Shown here one piece after another: positions 31,695-41,642 of a stretch of DNA of 64,000 nucleotides. Every line of letters begins with the position of its first letter. Position 1 is the first letter of the stretch. The DNA is from Planctomycetota bacterium. Its GTDB lineage: Bacteria; Planctomycetota; Planctomycetia; Pirellulales; Lacipirellulaceae. A program made the translations under genes and the position numbers. The DNA lies in NCBI GenBank assembly GCA_039190745.1, contig JBCCXZ010000002.1, positions 76,508 through 140,507 on the forward strand. Direction: 5' to 3'. The notes under the pieces were generated by a model. The model saw nothing but the letters and a program-made list of their open reading frames with translations. It was not told the origin of the DNA and searched no databases.

Positions 31695-33173
31695 ATGAAG
31701 GACTCTCCTAAGTTTTTTCCACCGCCGATCCCCGCCCCCTTCGGCGAACCCTGGTCGGCGAAGAAGCTGCTGCGGATGCTCGCGGTGTTCGGGCCGGCGG
31801 CGGTGGTTGCTTCGGTGGCCATCGGGGCGGGCGAGACGATTGTCGTCGTCAGGGCCGGGGCGTTTACCGGCTACGGCCTCTTGTGGCTGATCCTCTTAAG
31901 CGTCCTCGCCAAGGGCGTGTTCGGCACCTACCTGCTCGGGCGGTACACGGCGGTCAGTGGCGAGCCGCTGGGGCAACGGGTCGTGCGGCTGCCCGGGCCG
32001 CGGGGGTGGCTGCTGGTGCTGATGGTGGGGCTGGAGCTGGCCGCCGCCGCGCCGCTGTGGGCCGCGCTCTGCCGGCCGAGCGGCGAGCTGCTCGGTTACC
32101 TGATGCTGGAAGACCCCTCGGCGTCGCCCGGCGCGACGAAGCTGCTAGCGACTGGTTTCCTAGTGCTCGCGTTGTCCCTCAGCTTAAAGTCGAACTACCG
32201 GCTGCTGGAACTGCAACAACTCGTCATCTGCGGCGTGCTTGTGCTGGGCACGATCGTCGGGACGCTGCTGGTGAAGCCCGACTGGGGGGCTGCGTTCGCG
32301 GGGCTATTGTCGTTTGGCAACTTCCCCGAGGTCATCCCGTCGGCGCCCGAAGACTTCCGCCGCAACACGGCCGCGATCCTGGCGGTAACGTTCGGCTACG
32401 TCGGCGGCAGTGTGATGACCTACCTGGTGTACCCGGAGTGGGTCGCGCTGCACGGTTGGGGCATGACCGGGCACCCGCAGATCGAGCAGCTCCGGCAGCG
32501 GGCGGCGGAAGGCACGCCCGGCGACTACCTGCCCGACGCGCCCGATGACGTTGCCGTGGTCAGGCGGTCTGTTGCACCCTTGCGATGGGACGTGGCGTGC
32601 GGAGCCGCGGTGCTGCTGGTGGTGACGGCGTCGTTCCTGATCGCCGGGGCGGCGGTGCTGCACCCCCGGCTGGCCTCGGGAGAGCTCACCGGCGCGTTCG
32701 CGGGCTGGAGCCTGCTGACCGACCAGGCAAGCATCTGGCGGAACATCCACCCCTCGCTCGCTTGGGTGTACTACGTCTGCGTGCTGTTCGCTCTCTGGGG
32801 CACGCTGCAGGCGTACCCAGAAATCTACGCCCGCGGCGTGGTCGACTACGCCCGTGCGATCTGGCCCGGTTGCGTGTGGAGCCAGAGCGCGGTGCAGCGT
32901 TGGTGTTGCCTGTACGTCTTCGGGGGGGCCACGGTCGTGCTGTGGAGCGGCGCCGACTTCAACCTGCTGACGCTGGTGGTGGCGTTCCTGGCAACCAACC
33001 TTGGCGTGGCGATCGCGATCGTCACCGGGTTGTGGCTCAACTTCCAGTTGCCCGCGGCGTACCGGACGAGCGGCTGGGTGCTCGCCGGCGGAGTGTGCTC
33101 GGCGGCCGCGATGTGGTTCGTTTCGGCGGTCTCCGGGTGGGGGGTGTTCGCGCGCCTAACCGAGGCAATGTGA
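31695..33173 (+). CDS. Nramp-related (APC superfamily) transporter
   Basis: About 11 TM helices; FGPAAVVASVAIGAGE..GAFTGYGLLW..LGRYTAVSGE. Confidence 0.8.
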   Translation: MKDSPKFFPPPIPAPFGEPWSAKKLLRMLAVFGPAAVVASVAIGAGETIVVVRAGAFTGYGLLWLILLSVLAKGVFGTYLLGRYTAVSGEPLGQRVVRLPGPRGWLLVLMVGLELAAAAPLWAALCRPSGELLGYLMLEDPSASPGATKLLATGFLVLALSLSLKSNYRLLELQQLVICGVLVLGTIVGTLLVKPDWGAAFAGLLSFGNFPEVIPSAPEDFRRNTAAILAVTFGYVGGSVMTYLVYPEWVALHGWGMTGHPQIEQLRQRAAEGTPGDYLPDAPDDVAVVRRSVAPLRWDVACGAAVLLVVTASFLIAGAAVLHPRLASGELTGAFAGWSLLTDQASIWRNIHPSLAWVYYVCVLFALWGTLQAYPEIYARGVVDYARAIWPGCVWSQSAVQRWCCLYVFGGATVVLWSGADFNLLTLVVAFLATNLGVAIAIVTGLWLNFQLPAAYRTSGWVLAGGVCSAAAMWFVSAVSGWGVFARLTEAM

Positions 33174-33188
33174 ACCGAGGCAATGTGA
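33158..33188 (+). repeat. 15-bp tandem duplication spanning the transporter stop codon
   Basis: AACCGAGGCAATGTG twice. Confidence 0.85.
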
Positions 33189-33312
33189 TGAGCCAACGGG
33201 CCCGCTCGCGTCGGTTCAACAAAGCGGCAAATGCGTTAGAATGCCGCCTCGCTTCTCTCGCCGCTTCGTCACTACCCACGATTGGTTCACGAAGGAATCG
33301 CACCCCCTAATC

Positions 33313-34476
33313 ATGTCACAGAATACGATCAACGTAGGCCTCATCGGCTACAAATTCATGGGCAAGGCCCATTCGGGCGCCTACCTGAAGGTCGCCAAGT
33401 TCTTCGAGCCCAAGCTGCGGCCGGTGATGAAAGCCGTTTGCGGGCGTAGCGAGAAAGACGTCGCGGAGTTCGCCGAACGTTTCGACTGGGAGGGCTACGA
33501 AACCGACTGGCGGAAGCTGGTCGACCGGGACGACATCGAACTGATCGATATCGGCACACCGGGGAGCACACACCGCGACATCGCGGTGGCCGCCGCCGAG
33601 GCGGGGAAGCACGTCTTCTGCGAGAAACCGCTGGCGTTCACTCTCGACGAATCGCGCGACATGCTCGCCGCGGCGGAGAAAGCCGGCGTGAAGCACATGG
33701 TGAACTTCAACTACCGGCGGTGCCCGGCGGTGTCGCTGGCGAAGCGGATGATCGAGAACGACGACATCGGCGAGGTGCGTCACGCCCGGTTCACCTACCT
33801 GCAAGACTGGCTGGTCGACCCGCAGTTCCCCATGAACTGGCGGATGCGGAAAGAAGCAGCGGGCTCCGGAGCGCACGGCGACCTGGGGTCGCACTCGATC
33901 GACATGGCCCGCTACCTCGTGGGTGAGCTCACCGACGTGGTGGGGCAGAAGAAGACCTTCATCACCGAGCGGCCCGCCGAGGGCGAGTCCTCCGGACTGA
34001 CCGCGACCGCCGGCGAGGGCACCGAGAAAGTCACCGTCGACGACTGCAGCATGTGGCTGGCGAAGTTCGAGAGCGGCGCGCTCGGCACGTTCGAAGCGAC
34101 CCGGCTGGCGCCCGGTCGGAAGAACTTCAACCGTTTCGAGATCAACGGCAGCAAGGGCTCGCTGGTGTGGTGTTTCGAGCAGCTCAACTGGCTGCAGTTC
34201 TACTCGACCGAAGACGCCTCGGCGGGGCAGGGCTTCCGGCAGATCCTGGCGACCGAGGCCGACCACCCCTACGCGGGCAACTGGTGGCCGCCGGGGCACA
34301 TGCTGGGTTACGAGCACGGCTTTGTGCACGCGGTGTACGACCTGCTGGAAGACATCGCCCACGACCGGCACTGCCAGCCCGACTTCCGCGACGGAGCCCA
34401 ATGCGTTTCGGTGCTCGAAGCAGTGGAAAAGTCGATCGACGCGGGCGCCTGGGCTGCTGTCGAGCGGGTGCCTTGA
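33313..34476 (+). CDS. Gfo/Idh/MocA family oxidoreductase
   Basis: VGLIGYKFMGKAH, GKHVFCEKPL, YLQDW, DLGSHSID. Confidence 0.93.
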   Translation: MSQNTINVGLIGYKFMGKAHSGAYLKVAKFFEPKLRPVMKAVCGRSEKDVAEFAERFDWEGYETDWRKLVDRDDIELIDIGTPGSTHRDIAVAAAEAGKHVFCEKPLAFTLDESRDMLAAAEKAGVKHMVNFNYRRCPAVSLAKRMIENDDIGEVRHARFTYLQDWLVDPQFPMNWRMRKEAAGSGAHGDLGSHSIDMARYLVGELTDVVGQKKTFITERPAEGESSGLTATAGEGTEKVTVDDCSMWLAKFESGALGTFEATRLAPGRKNFNRFEINGSKGSLVWCFEQLNWLQFYSTEDASAGQGFRQILATEADHPYAGNWWPPGHMLGYEHGFVHAVYDLLEDIAHDRHCQPDFRDGAQCVSVLEAVEKSIDAGAWAAVERVP

Positions 34477-34546
34477 CGGCTGCTTTCCCTTCCGACTGAG
34501 TACACGCCGGTCCAATCACAAACCCAACAAGCTGAGAATGAAGGCT

Positions 34547-35695
34547 ATGAAGCAAATCAACGCGGGGATCATCGGTACTGGGTTCATCGGGCCGGCGCAC
34601 ATCGAGGCGCTGCGGCGGCTGGGGTACGTCAACGTCATCGCCGTCTCGGAGCGCGACCAGGCGCTCGCCGACGCCAAGGCCGCGGAGCTCTCGATCCCCA
34701 AGGCCTACGGCGATTATCACGACTTGCTCGCCGACCCCGACGTGCACGTGGTGCACAACTGCACGCCCAACCACCTGCACTTCGAGGTGAACCGCGACAT
34801 CATGGCCGCGGGCAAGCACGTGGTGAGCGAGAAGCCGCTGGCGATGAACTCCACCGAGTCGCGCGAGCTGGTGAAGCTGGCCGAGCAATCGGGCGTCGTG
34901 CACGCGATCGACTTCAACTACCGCTACATGCCGATGGTGCAGCAGGCCCGCCTGATGTGCCAGGGCGACGACACCGGCCGCGTGTTCGCCGTGCACGGCT
35001 CGTACCTGCAGGACTGGCTGCTGGAAGAGACCGACTGGAACTGGCGGCTCGTCCCGGAGATGAGCGGCGACTCGCGCGCCGTGGCCGACATCGGCAGCCA
35101 CTGGTGCGATCTCGTGCAGTTCGTCACCGGCATGAAAATCACCCGCGTGATGGCCGACCTCGTGACGATCCACCCGACGCGCAAGCGGCCCAAGGTCGAG
35201 GTGGAGACCTACGCCGGCAAGGTGCTCAAACCGGAAGACCTCGAGGACGTGCCAATCAACACCGAAGACTACGGCTCGATCCTGCTGGAGTTCGACAGCG
35301 GCGCCCACGGGGTGTTCACGGTGAACCAGTGCGCTGCGGGGCGGAAAAACCGCCTCTCGTTCGAGATCGACGGCGCCAAGAGCGCGCTCGCCTGGGACCA
35401 AGAGAAGCCGAACGAGCTGTGGGTCGGTCGCCGTGACGGCCCGAACCAGAACCTGCTCAAGGACCCCAGCCTGCTGTACGAGGGGGCCCGCGAGTACGCC
35501 CACTACCCCGGCGGCCACAACGAGGCCTACCCCGACGGCCCGAAAAACCTATTCCGCAACGTCTACGGCTTCATCGCTGGAGAGCGCCCGGGAGGCGACT
35601 TCGCGACGTTCGTCGACGGGCACAACGAGATCGCGATCTGCGACGCAATCCTGGCAAGCAGCAAGGCGAAGGCTTGGACTGAGGTGGAGTACTAG
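34547..35695 (+). CDS. Gfo/Idh/MocA family oxidoreductase
   Basis: GIIGTGFIG, GKHVVSEKPL, YLQDW, DIGSHWCD. Confidence 0.93.
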   Translation: MKQINAGIIGTGFIGPAHIEALRRLGYVNVIAVSERDQALADAKAAELSIPKAYGDYHDLLADPDVHVVHNCTPNHLHFEVNRDIMAAGKHVVSEKPLAMNSTESRELVKLAEQSGVVHAIDFNYRYMPMVQQARLMCQGDDTGRVFAVHGSYLQDWLLEETDWNWRLVPEMSGDSRAVADIGSHWCDLVQFVTGMKITRVMADLVTIHPTRKRPKVEVETYAGKVLKPEDLEDVPINTEDYGSILLEFDSGAHGVFTVNQCAAGRKNRLSFEIDGAKSALAWDQEKPNELWVGRRDGPNQNLLKDPSLLYEGAREYAHYPGGHNEAYPDGPKNLFRNVYGFIAGERPGGDFATFVDGHNEIAICDAILASSKAKAWTEVEY

Positions 35696-35732
35696 CGTGC
35701 AGTGATTAGTTTCGGTCTAGGCTGAACCTGTC

Positions 35733-37016
35733 CTATTCTCGCCACTCCTTTGTGGCCAGGATGTTGGTCCCGACCATGGTTGCGAACGGGCTGAGCCCGA
35801 AGACGACGAAGGCCACGTTGAACAGGCCATTCCTGAACCCGTCGGGCAGTGATTCGTAGAAGCCCGTGGCGAACGTCTCGATCAGCAATGGAACGCCGCA
35901 CAGGGCTACCACCGCGGCGGATACCCTGAGTATCTTCCGCGGCTTCGGGTGGCTGAAACTGAAACTGAACGCGAGCGGCAAGCCGGGAATTCCAACGAAA
36001 GCGGCGAGCACACCGAACGGTTCGCCGCCTCCCGCGAATGAAACGAGGGCCAACAGGGCCGTTGTCGCGAACAGCCCGCCGACGGTGAGTGCGGCCCGGC
36101 GTTCGTCCTTGGAGAGGGCCAGCCTTCCGAACGGGTGCAGAAGCAGCGCAGCATCGGATAGGGGCTTAGCGAACCACGTTACTACGCAGAACGTGAGGTA
36201 GGCAGCCAGCAGAGGCGCCGCGAGCGGCTCCAGCGCCGGGTTGTTCCGGGTGACCGACTGCAACACGCGGTGGAGGATGTAGAAGCCGATGATTATCTTC
36301 CACTGAGCGCCCGCGGTCTTCTTCGACATCCACAGGAAGTAGTTCAAAACCCACCGGTACGGCGGGACGCGAGCCTTGAGGGTCTCGAGCGCGCCGACCC
36401 GGGCCCACTCTAGGTCGGGGTCCAAACGCAACGCCTCCCGGAAGTGCTTCTCGGCCTTGGCCAGTTCACCCTTTTCAAGGCACTGCCAGCCCACGTTGGC
36501 GTGCGAGTACGGGTCTTCCGGGTTGACGCGCAGGGCGTGTTCCAGGTCATCGGCGGCATCCACCCCTATGCCCCGTTGTGCCTGGGCCTTGAGGTTGATG
36601 GCTGTCGTGTTCTGAGGGTCCAGCTCGAGCGCAGTTTCGCAGTCGTTCAAGACCGCCCCCCACTGCTTGCGGGTGGCCCGAATCGCCGCCCGGAGCGCGT
36701 AGTATCTCGATTGCTCGGGATCGAGACCGACGGCCGCGTCTATTGTCTTTTCGGCAACGTCGAGGTCGTTGCGGCGGAAGTGGATCTGGGCTAGCAGGTA
36801 GCGGATGTCCGAATCGTCGGGCGCAAGCGATACCGCCTGGTTACCCAGTTCGACGGCCTCGTCAAATTTCTTTGCCGCGGCCCGGCAGGCACCCATCAGC
36901 CCATAGGCCCAAGCGTCCTCGGGGTCCTGTGAAAGAGCAAAACCGAGTTCTTTCTCTGCCTGTTCGTAACGCGACTGCTGGTAGAGCAGCAGGCCGCGTT
37001 GGGTGTGCGGGTTCAT
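35733..37016 (-). CDS. TPR-repeat protein with C-terminal multi-pass membrane domain
   Basis: About six TPR-like units ending in ALxxDP-type motifs, then about six hydrophobic helices. Confidence 0.87.
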   Translation of the reverse strand: MNPHTQRGLLLYQQSRYEQAEKELGFALSQDPEDAWAYGLMGACRAAAKKFDEAVELGNQAVSLAPDDSDIRYLLAQIHFRRNDLDVAEKTIDAAVGLDPEQSRYYALRAAIRATRKQWGAVLNDCETALELDPQNTTAINLKAQAQRGIGVDAADDLEHALRVNPEDPYSHANVGWQCLEKGELAKAEKHFREALRLDPDLEWARVGALETLKARVPPYRWVLNYFLWMSKKTAGAQWKIIIGFYILHRVLQSVTRNNPALEPLAAPLLAAYLTFCVVTWFAKPLSDAALLLHPFGRLALSKDERRAALTVGGLFATTALLALVSFAGGGEPFGVLAAFVGIPGLPLAFSFSFSHPKPRKILRVSAAVVALCGVPLLIETFATGFYESLPDGFRNGLFNVAFVVFGLSPFATMVGTNILATKEWRE

Positions 37017-37044
37017 CCCTAGGGCTTCTCGGCTACGCGTTGTC

Positions 37045-38403
37045 TTACTTGTCGAGGAACTTCAACACGTCGTCGTACAGACCGCCTTGATTGGAGTAAA
37101 GCGCGTAGTTGCGGGCGGAAGAGAACCACTCCTCGGTCGTCGGCTTGTGGCGTTTTGCGGCCTTCTGGAGTTCTTTGCCGGTGATCGGCTCGGGCTTGCC
37201 GGTGCGGATGGCCTCGGTGAGTTTCTGTTCGACCGCGATATCGACCAAGGCCTTGAGGTCGGCGCCCGAGTAGCGGGGAGTCTTCTTGGCGAGGTAGTTG
37301 TGGTCGAGGTCGCGCACCGGCTTGCCGGCGCAGTGCAGGCGGAGGATCTCGGCACGAGCGGGCTCGTCCGGCGGCGGAACGAAGAGCACCCGGTCGAAAC
37401 GCCCGGGCCTGCGGAAGGCGGGGTCGACGTGCCACGGTGCGTTGGTGGCGGCCAGCACGAGCACGCCCTCGTTCGAGTGCTCGACCCCGTCGAGTTCCGA
37501 GAGGAATTGGTTAATCAACTGCCGGGCGGAGCCGCTCTGCATGTCGCTCCGTCGCCCGCCCAACGCGTCGACCTCGTCGAAGAACAATACGCAGGGCGTG
37601 TTCTCGCGAGCCTGCTGGAACACTTGGTGGAGCTTCTGTTCGCTGCTGCCCATCCACATATCGAGCACGTCGCTGACGCCGATCGAGATAAACCCGGCGC
37701 CAATCTCGCCCGCGGTCGCCCGGGCGAGGTAGGTCTTGCCGCACCCCGGCGGGCCGTACGTCATGATCCCGCCGCCGATGGTCTTGCCGTACGCGCTGTA
37801 GATCTCCGGGTGTTCTAGCGGGTAGAGGATCTTGACGCGGATCTCTTCTTTAATCTCTTCCATGCCGCCGACGTCGTCGAAGCCGATCCGGGGGCGCTCG
37901 ATCTCCGTGTCGGCGTGCCGAGCACCTTGGCCGGCTCCGGCGTGACGGACGCGGCCCTCGAAGACCTCCGACTCTTCGCCCACTTCCTCCCCCGCAGGCG
38001 CAAATCCGAGCCGCTCGTTAAGCTCACTGTCCTCCACGCGCGGGTCAATCTCGAGCGCGTGCTTGTAGTGGGCCACGGCGTCAGAGACCCGGTTTTCTCT
38101 CAGGCAAACGCGGGCGTAGAGCAGGCAAGCCTCGGCCGACACGCCGCGGCTCTCCAGCAGCGACTCAAGGATCGCGGCGGCCTCGCTCTCACGGGAGTCT
38201 TGAAAATAGGCATCGGCCAACTGGACTTTAATCTGCTGGCTGCCAGGCTCGAACTCAAGCAGGATACGGAGTTCTTCGACCGCCTCTTCAAAACGGCTCA
38301 GTGAAGCCAGGGTCTCGGCCAGGTGCCGCCGCAGGGGCAGGTTGTCCGGCGAAACGGCGAGCGCCGCTCGGAGCGCCTCAACGGCGTCTGGGGGAGAAGG
38401 CAT
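37045..38403 (-). CDS. TPR-containing AAA+ ATPase (classic clade, single domain)
   Basis: N-terminal TPRs; FDDVGGM, GPPGCGKT, LFFDEVD, ATNAPWHVDPAFRRPGRFD. Confidence 0.93.
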   Translation of the reverse strand: MPSPPDAVEALRAALAVSPDNLPLRRHLAETLASLSRFEEAVEELRILLEFEPGSQQIKVQLADAYFQDSRESEAAAILESLLESRGVSAEACLLYARVCLRENRVSDAVAHYKHALEIDPRVEDSELNERLGFAPAGEEVGEESEVFEGRVRHAGAGQGARHADTEIERPRIGFDDVGGMEEIKEEIRVKILYPLEHPEIYSAYGKTIGGGIMTYGPPGCGKTYLARATAGEIGAGFISIGVSDVLDMWMGSSEQKLHQVFQQARENTPCVLFFDEVDALGGRRSDMQSGSARQLINQFLSELDGVEHSNEGVLVLAATNAPWHVDPAFRRPGRFDRVLFVPPPDEPARAEILRLHCAGKPVRDLDHNYLAKKTPRYSGADLKALVDIAVEQKLTEAIRTGKPEPITGKELQKAAKRHKPTTEEWFSSARNYALYSNQGGLYDDVLKFLDK

Positions 38404-38519
38404 GGTTCCGGGCTGGAAAGGCGCATGGTCTCGGGATGAAACAACAGCCTAGGGCATGCGGCAGGCTGGTCAATGCGTACGAAGAAGTTACCAGCAGCAA
38501 GAGCAATACATCGCCCTAC

Positions 38520-40109
38520 TCACTCGCTGACGATTTCCATCAACGCCTGCCCGACCTCGGTGGCGTGCATCAGGCCGTGGAACTTTGCCTGGGCCTCGGC
38601 CGGGCCGCAGGCGGCTAGGGGCACCGGCGTCGAGGTGTGCGAACCGGTACTCCACGTGATACTCTGCCGCGGTCCGAGGATGTGGCCCAGGTTGTTCATG
38701 CGGAGGTTCTCGCCGTAGACGAAAAACTCCGGGATGCCGCCGTAGATGTCCGGCACCGTTTCTGTGCCGAGGTAGCGGTGGCCCTCAACGTATTGCCGGT
38801 TCTCGGTGCGCCTCAGGATGCGTTCGGCCTCGGCCTCGGTGATATCGACAGGCAGTGCGGCGTTGGCCAGCTTGGCGAGGCTTGACGGCGTCTGCTCCGC
38901 TTCGTCTAGCGCGTCGAACGCCATAAACACCTGGAAGAAGCTTTGCTTCTGGTCATAGATGAGGGCGAGCGACTCGCGGCTGCCGAAGTTGAACAGCGGC
39001 CTGTGCAGCTCGCCCGCGAAAGCCTTGCCCGGCAGCGGCTTGGGGTTGGGGATGCCCGTGCCGGAGTAGCTGAAGCCGAAGCCGCCCGTCTCGTGGTCGG
39101 CGGTCACGACCACCAGTGTGTCGTCGCGGTTCTTGGCCCATTCATAAGCAACACGCACCGCGCGGTCGAACCGCAGCAGCTCGTGCAGAAGCGTGCCGGC
39201 GTCGTTGTTATGGCCAGCCCAGTCGATCTGGCCGCCCTCGATCAGCAGGAAGAATCCGTCGGGGTCAACGGAAAGCGCGTCGATCGCCGCGGCGGTCATC
39301 TCCGCGAGCGTCGGCTGCGTGCGGCCGTGGGAGTCGCGCTGGGCGCGCTCGGTCATCGCGTCCTGCATCTCGGAGACGGCGAACAGCCCGAGCAGCGGCC
39401 CCGGCGTACCGGCAGCCATCGACTCGCGATCGAACACTAAGCTGTAGCCCGCTTGGCGGGCCTCCAGCAGGAGGTTGCGGTTGTCTTGGCGCTTAGACGT
39501 GATCCGCCCAGTCCACCCGGTAAGCTGACGGACGGAGTCCTGCGTCGGGCCCTCGCTGGCCGCATCGGCGGGGACCCAATTGCGGAGGCCGCCGCCCATG
39601 AGCACGTCGACTCGATTTTCGAGTATGTCGACGGCGATCTCGTTCTCCATCGTGCGGTGCCGCTGGTGCGCGGCGAACGCGGCGGGCGTCGCGTGGGTGA
39701 TACGGGTGTCGGTCACCAATCCGGCAGACTTACCCAGGCGCTTGGCCCGCTCGACGACGGTCTCCGCGGCGTTGCCCTCGGCGTCGATGCCGATCATCTC
39801 GCTGCCGGCGGGCTTGCCCGTGGCGAGCTGCGTGGCGGCGGCGGCGGAGTCGGCCACCAGCCCGCTGGTGTCCGTCCGGACCAACGCGAGCGTGCCGCCC
39901 TGGATCACCCGTTCGATGGCGGGCAGCCGGTCGGGCACCTCGCACTCTTCAGCGAGGTGGGCGTACATCGACAACAGCCCCAACTGCTGGGGGCCCATGC
40001 CGTCGCCGATAAACAGAATGACGTTACGCGCTTTGGTGCTTTCCGCCGAGACGGGGCCGCTTGCCAGCATCGCTGCGGCCCAACAAACAATAAAGAACAA
40101 GCGGAGCAT
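38520..40109 (-). CDS. phoA: Alkaline phosphatase (PhoA family)
   Basis: Signal peptide; ILFIGDGMG, DSAAAAT, THATPA, EGGQIDWAGH, TADHETGG. Confidence 0.93.
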   Translation of the reverse strand: MLRLFFIVCWAAAMLASGPVSAESTKARNVILFIGDGMGPQQLGLLSMYAHLAEECEVPDRLPAIERVIQGGTLALVRTDTSGLVADSAAAATQLATGKPAGSEMIGIDAEGNAAETVVERAKRLGKSAGLVTDTRITHATPAAFAAHQRHRTMENEIAVDILENRVDVLMGGGLRNWVPADAASEGPTQDSVRQLTGWTGRITSKRQDNRNLLLEARQAGYSLVFDRESMAAGTPGPLLGLFAVSEMQDAMTERAQRDSHGRTQPTLAEMTAAAIDALSVDPDGFFLLIEGGQIDWAGHNNDAGTLLHELLRFDRAVRVAYEWAKNRDDTLVVVTADHETGGFGFSYSGTGIPNPKPLPGKAFAGELHRPLFNFGSRESLALIYDQKQSFFQVFMAFDALDEAEQTPSSLAKLANAALPVDITEAEAERILRRTENRQYVEGHRYLGTETVPDIYGGIPEFFVYGENLRMNNLGHILGPRQSITWSTGSHTSTPVPLAACGPAEAQAKFHGLMHATEVGQALMEIVSE

Positions 40110-40240
40110 GGCTGCGGATGAACAGGTCTGAAGCAAATCGGCGGGCAGGCGTTGTTCGTTGGCGGCAGCGCAGTATAGCCGGAGGCGGGTCCGGAATCTG
40201 CCACCCTCCCCTCAAGAAGCTCTACCCTCTGGATGCGGCT

Positions 40241-41578
40241 TCAGTCCTCCCTAATGCGGGCCAGAAAGAGTAGGGACACCAACCGCAATGCAACACCGAT
40301 CAAGATCAACAGCGAAAGGTGATCGAGGATGAACTCGGTCCCGCCGCCGAGTTGTACGGCTATGGGCGTGAACGAGGTTTTTAGCCAGTCGACCAACTGC
40401 CCCCCGACGACCGAAGTGAGCCCGTACACAAGCTTGGTCCAGGCAAACCAAGCGGCGACGTATGCCGCGGAAAACTGGGGCTGCGCGAGCCGGAGCATCA
40501 AGTGAGGCATCCCGACATTGATCCCCGCGTAGGCGATCCACAACACGTAGGCGACGGCGATCCACCACCAACGCCGCTCTGTTGCGGGCAGGTAGCACGC
40601 CAGCCCGAGGGCCACCAATGCCTGGCAAACCAGCATCGGCCGGACGGCCCCGACCCGATCGATCAGCCGGCCCACCCGAGGCATCACCGCGGTTTGGGCG
40701 GCCTTCATCGATGTATCGATCGTGCGGAAGGTCCAGTAATCCAGTTTCACGACGCCGATCTGGTAGAAGTACTGAGCCGAACTTGTGACGCCGTTAGAGA
40801 ACGAAAACCAACCGCCGTAGGCGAGCAGCCTCCAGAAGTGCCGGTCCCTAAACGGCAACAGGATCTCGCGGAGCCGCTGGTCGAGGGACCGCTGCCCCAC
40901 GGCGGTGGGCGAGGCGATCTCACGCATCGCAGCCAGCGGGGCCACCGAAGCCAAAACAAGGAGCGTGCCGAACACCATACACAGGGCGTAAGCGTCGTTC
41001 TTGGCGCCCGTCGTTGCGGCGTCGATGCCGAACCACTGCGGCTGGGCGGTGACCGCGATCCCCAGGAGCGTGCCGAGCACGCGCCCGGCATTCATCCAAG
41101 CGGTCCGCCGGCCGATGTACCGCCCCCGGACCGCCGCGGGGACGAGGTCGGCAATCCACGACCAGAGGGCGACCACCCCGAAGAACTCCGTCAGGTGGTA
41201 GAGCGTCCACACCACGATCAACGCGGCGAGCAGAACGCCTTCGTCCAGCAAGGCGCGTGAAAGGTAGACCGCTGGCAAACAACCGAGCAGCAGCCCGCTC
41301 GCACCAAACGCGGTGAGGCAGAACAGCCGGCGGTTGCCGAGGCGGTCCTGCAAGACGGGCGCAAACAACCGGAGCACGCCGACCAACTGCGGCGAAGCGA
41401 TGATCAGCCCGATCGCCAAACCAGAGGCGCCCTGCGAGCGGGCGAAGTAGATAATCAGCGCACTGCCGACCAGGCCGTTGCCGATGCCCCACAAGCCGGC
41501 ATTGGCGTAGCTGAGCGCGATATCCCGGCGCCGCCAAGCGGCGGTACGGCGGGGGGCGTTTGGCGCTGGTGCGTTCAT
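40241..41578 (-). CDS. MFS transporter
   Basis: About 12 TM helices; WIADLVP..RGRYIG, GRLIDRVG. Confidence 0.87.
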   Translation of the reverse strand: MNAPAPNAPRRTAAWRRRDIALSYANAGLWGIGNGLVGSALIIYFARSQGASGLAIGLIIASPQLVGVLRLFAPVLQDRLGNRRLFCLTAFGASGLLLGCLPAVYLSRALLDEGVLLAALIVVWTLYHLTEFFGVVALWSWIADLVPAAVRGRYIGRRTAWMNAGRVLGTLLGIAVTAQPQWFGIDAATTGAKNDAYALCMVFGTLLVLASVAPLAAMREIASPTAVGQRSLDQRLREILLPFRDRHFWRLLAYGGWFSFSNGVTSSAQYFYQIGVVKLDYWTFRTIDTSMKAAQTAVMPRVGRLIDRVGAVRPMLVCQALVALGLACYLPATERRWWWIAVAYVLWIAYAGINVGMPHLMLRLAQPQFSAAYVAAWFAWTKLVYGLTSVVGGQLVDWLKTSFTPIAVQLGGGTEFILDHLSLLILIGVALRLVSLLFLARIRED

Positions 41579-41642
41579 GCGGGCAAGCGTAGGCCCGCCG
41601 CACGGAAGCCACAAGCGTTTGCCGAGGCCTGTCTGAGATCAA

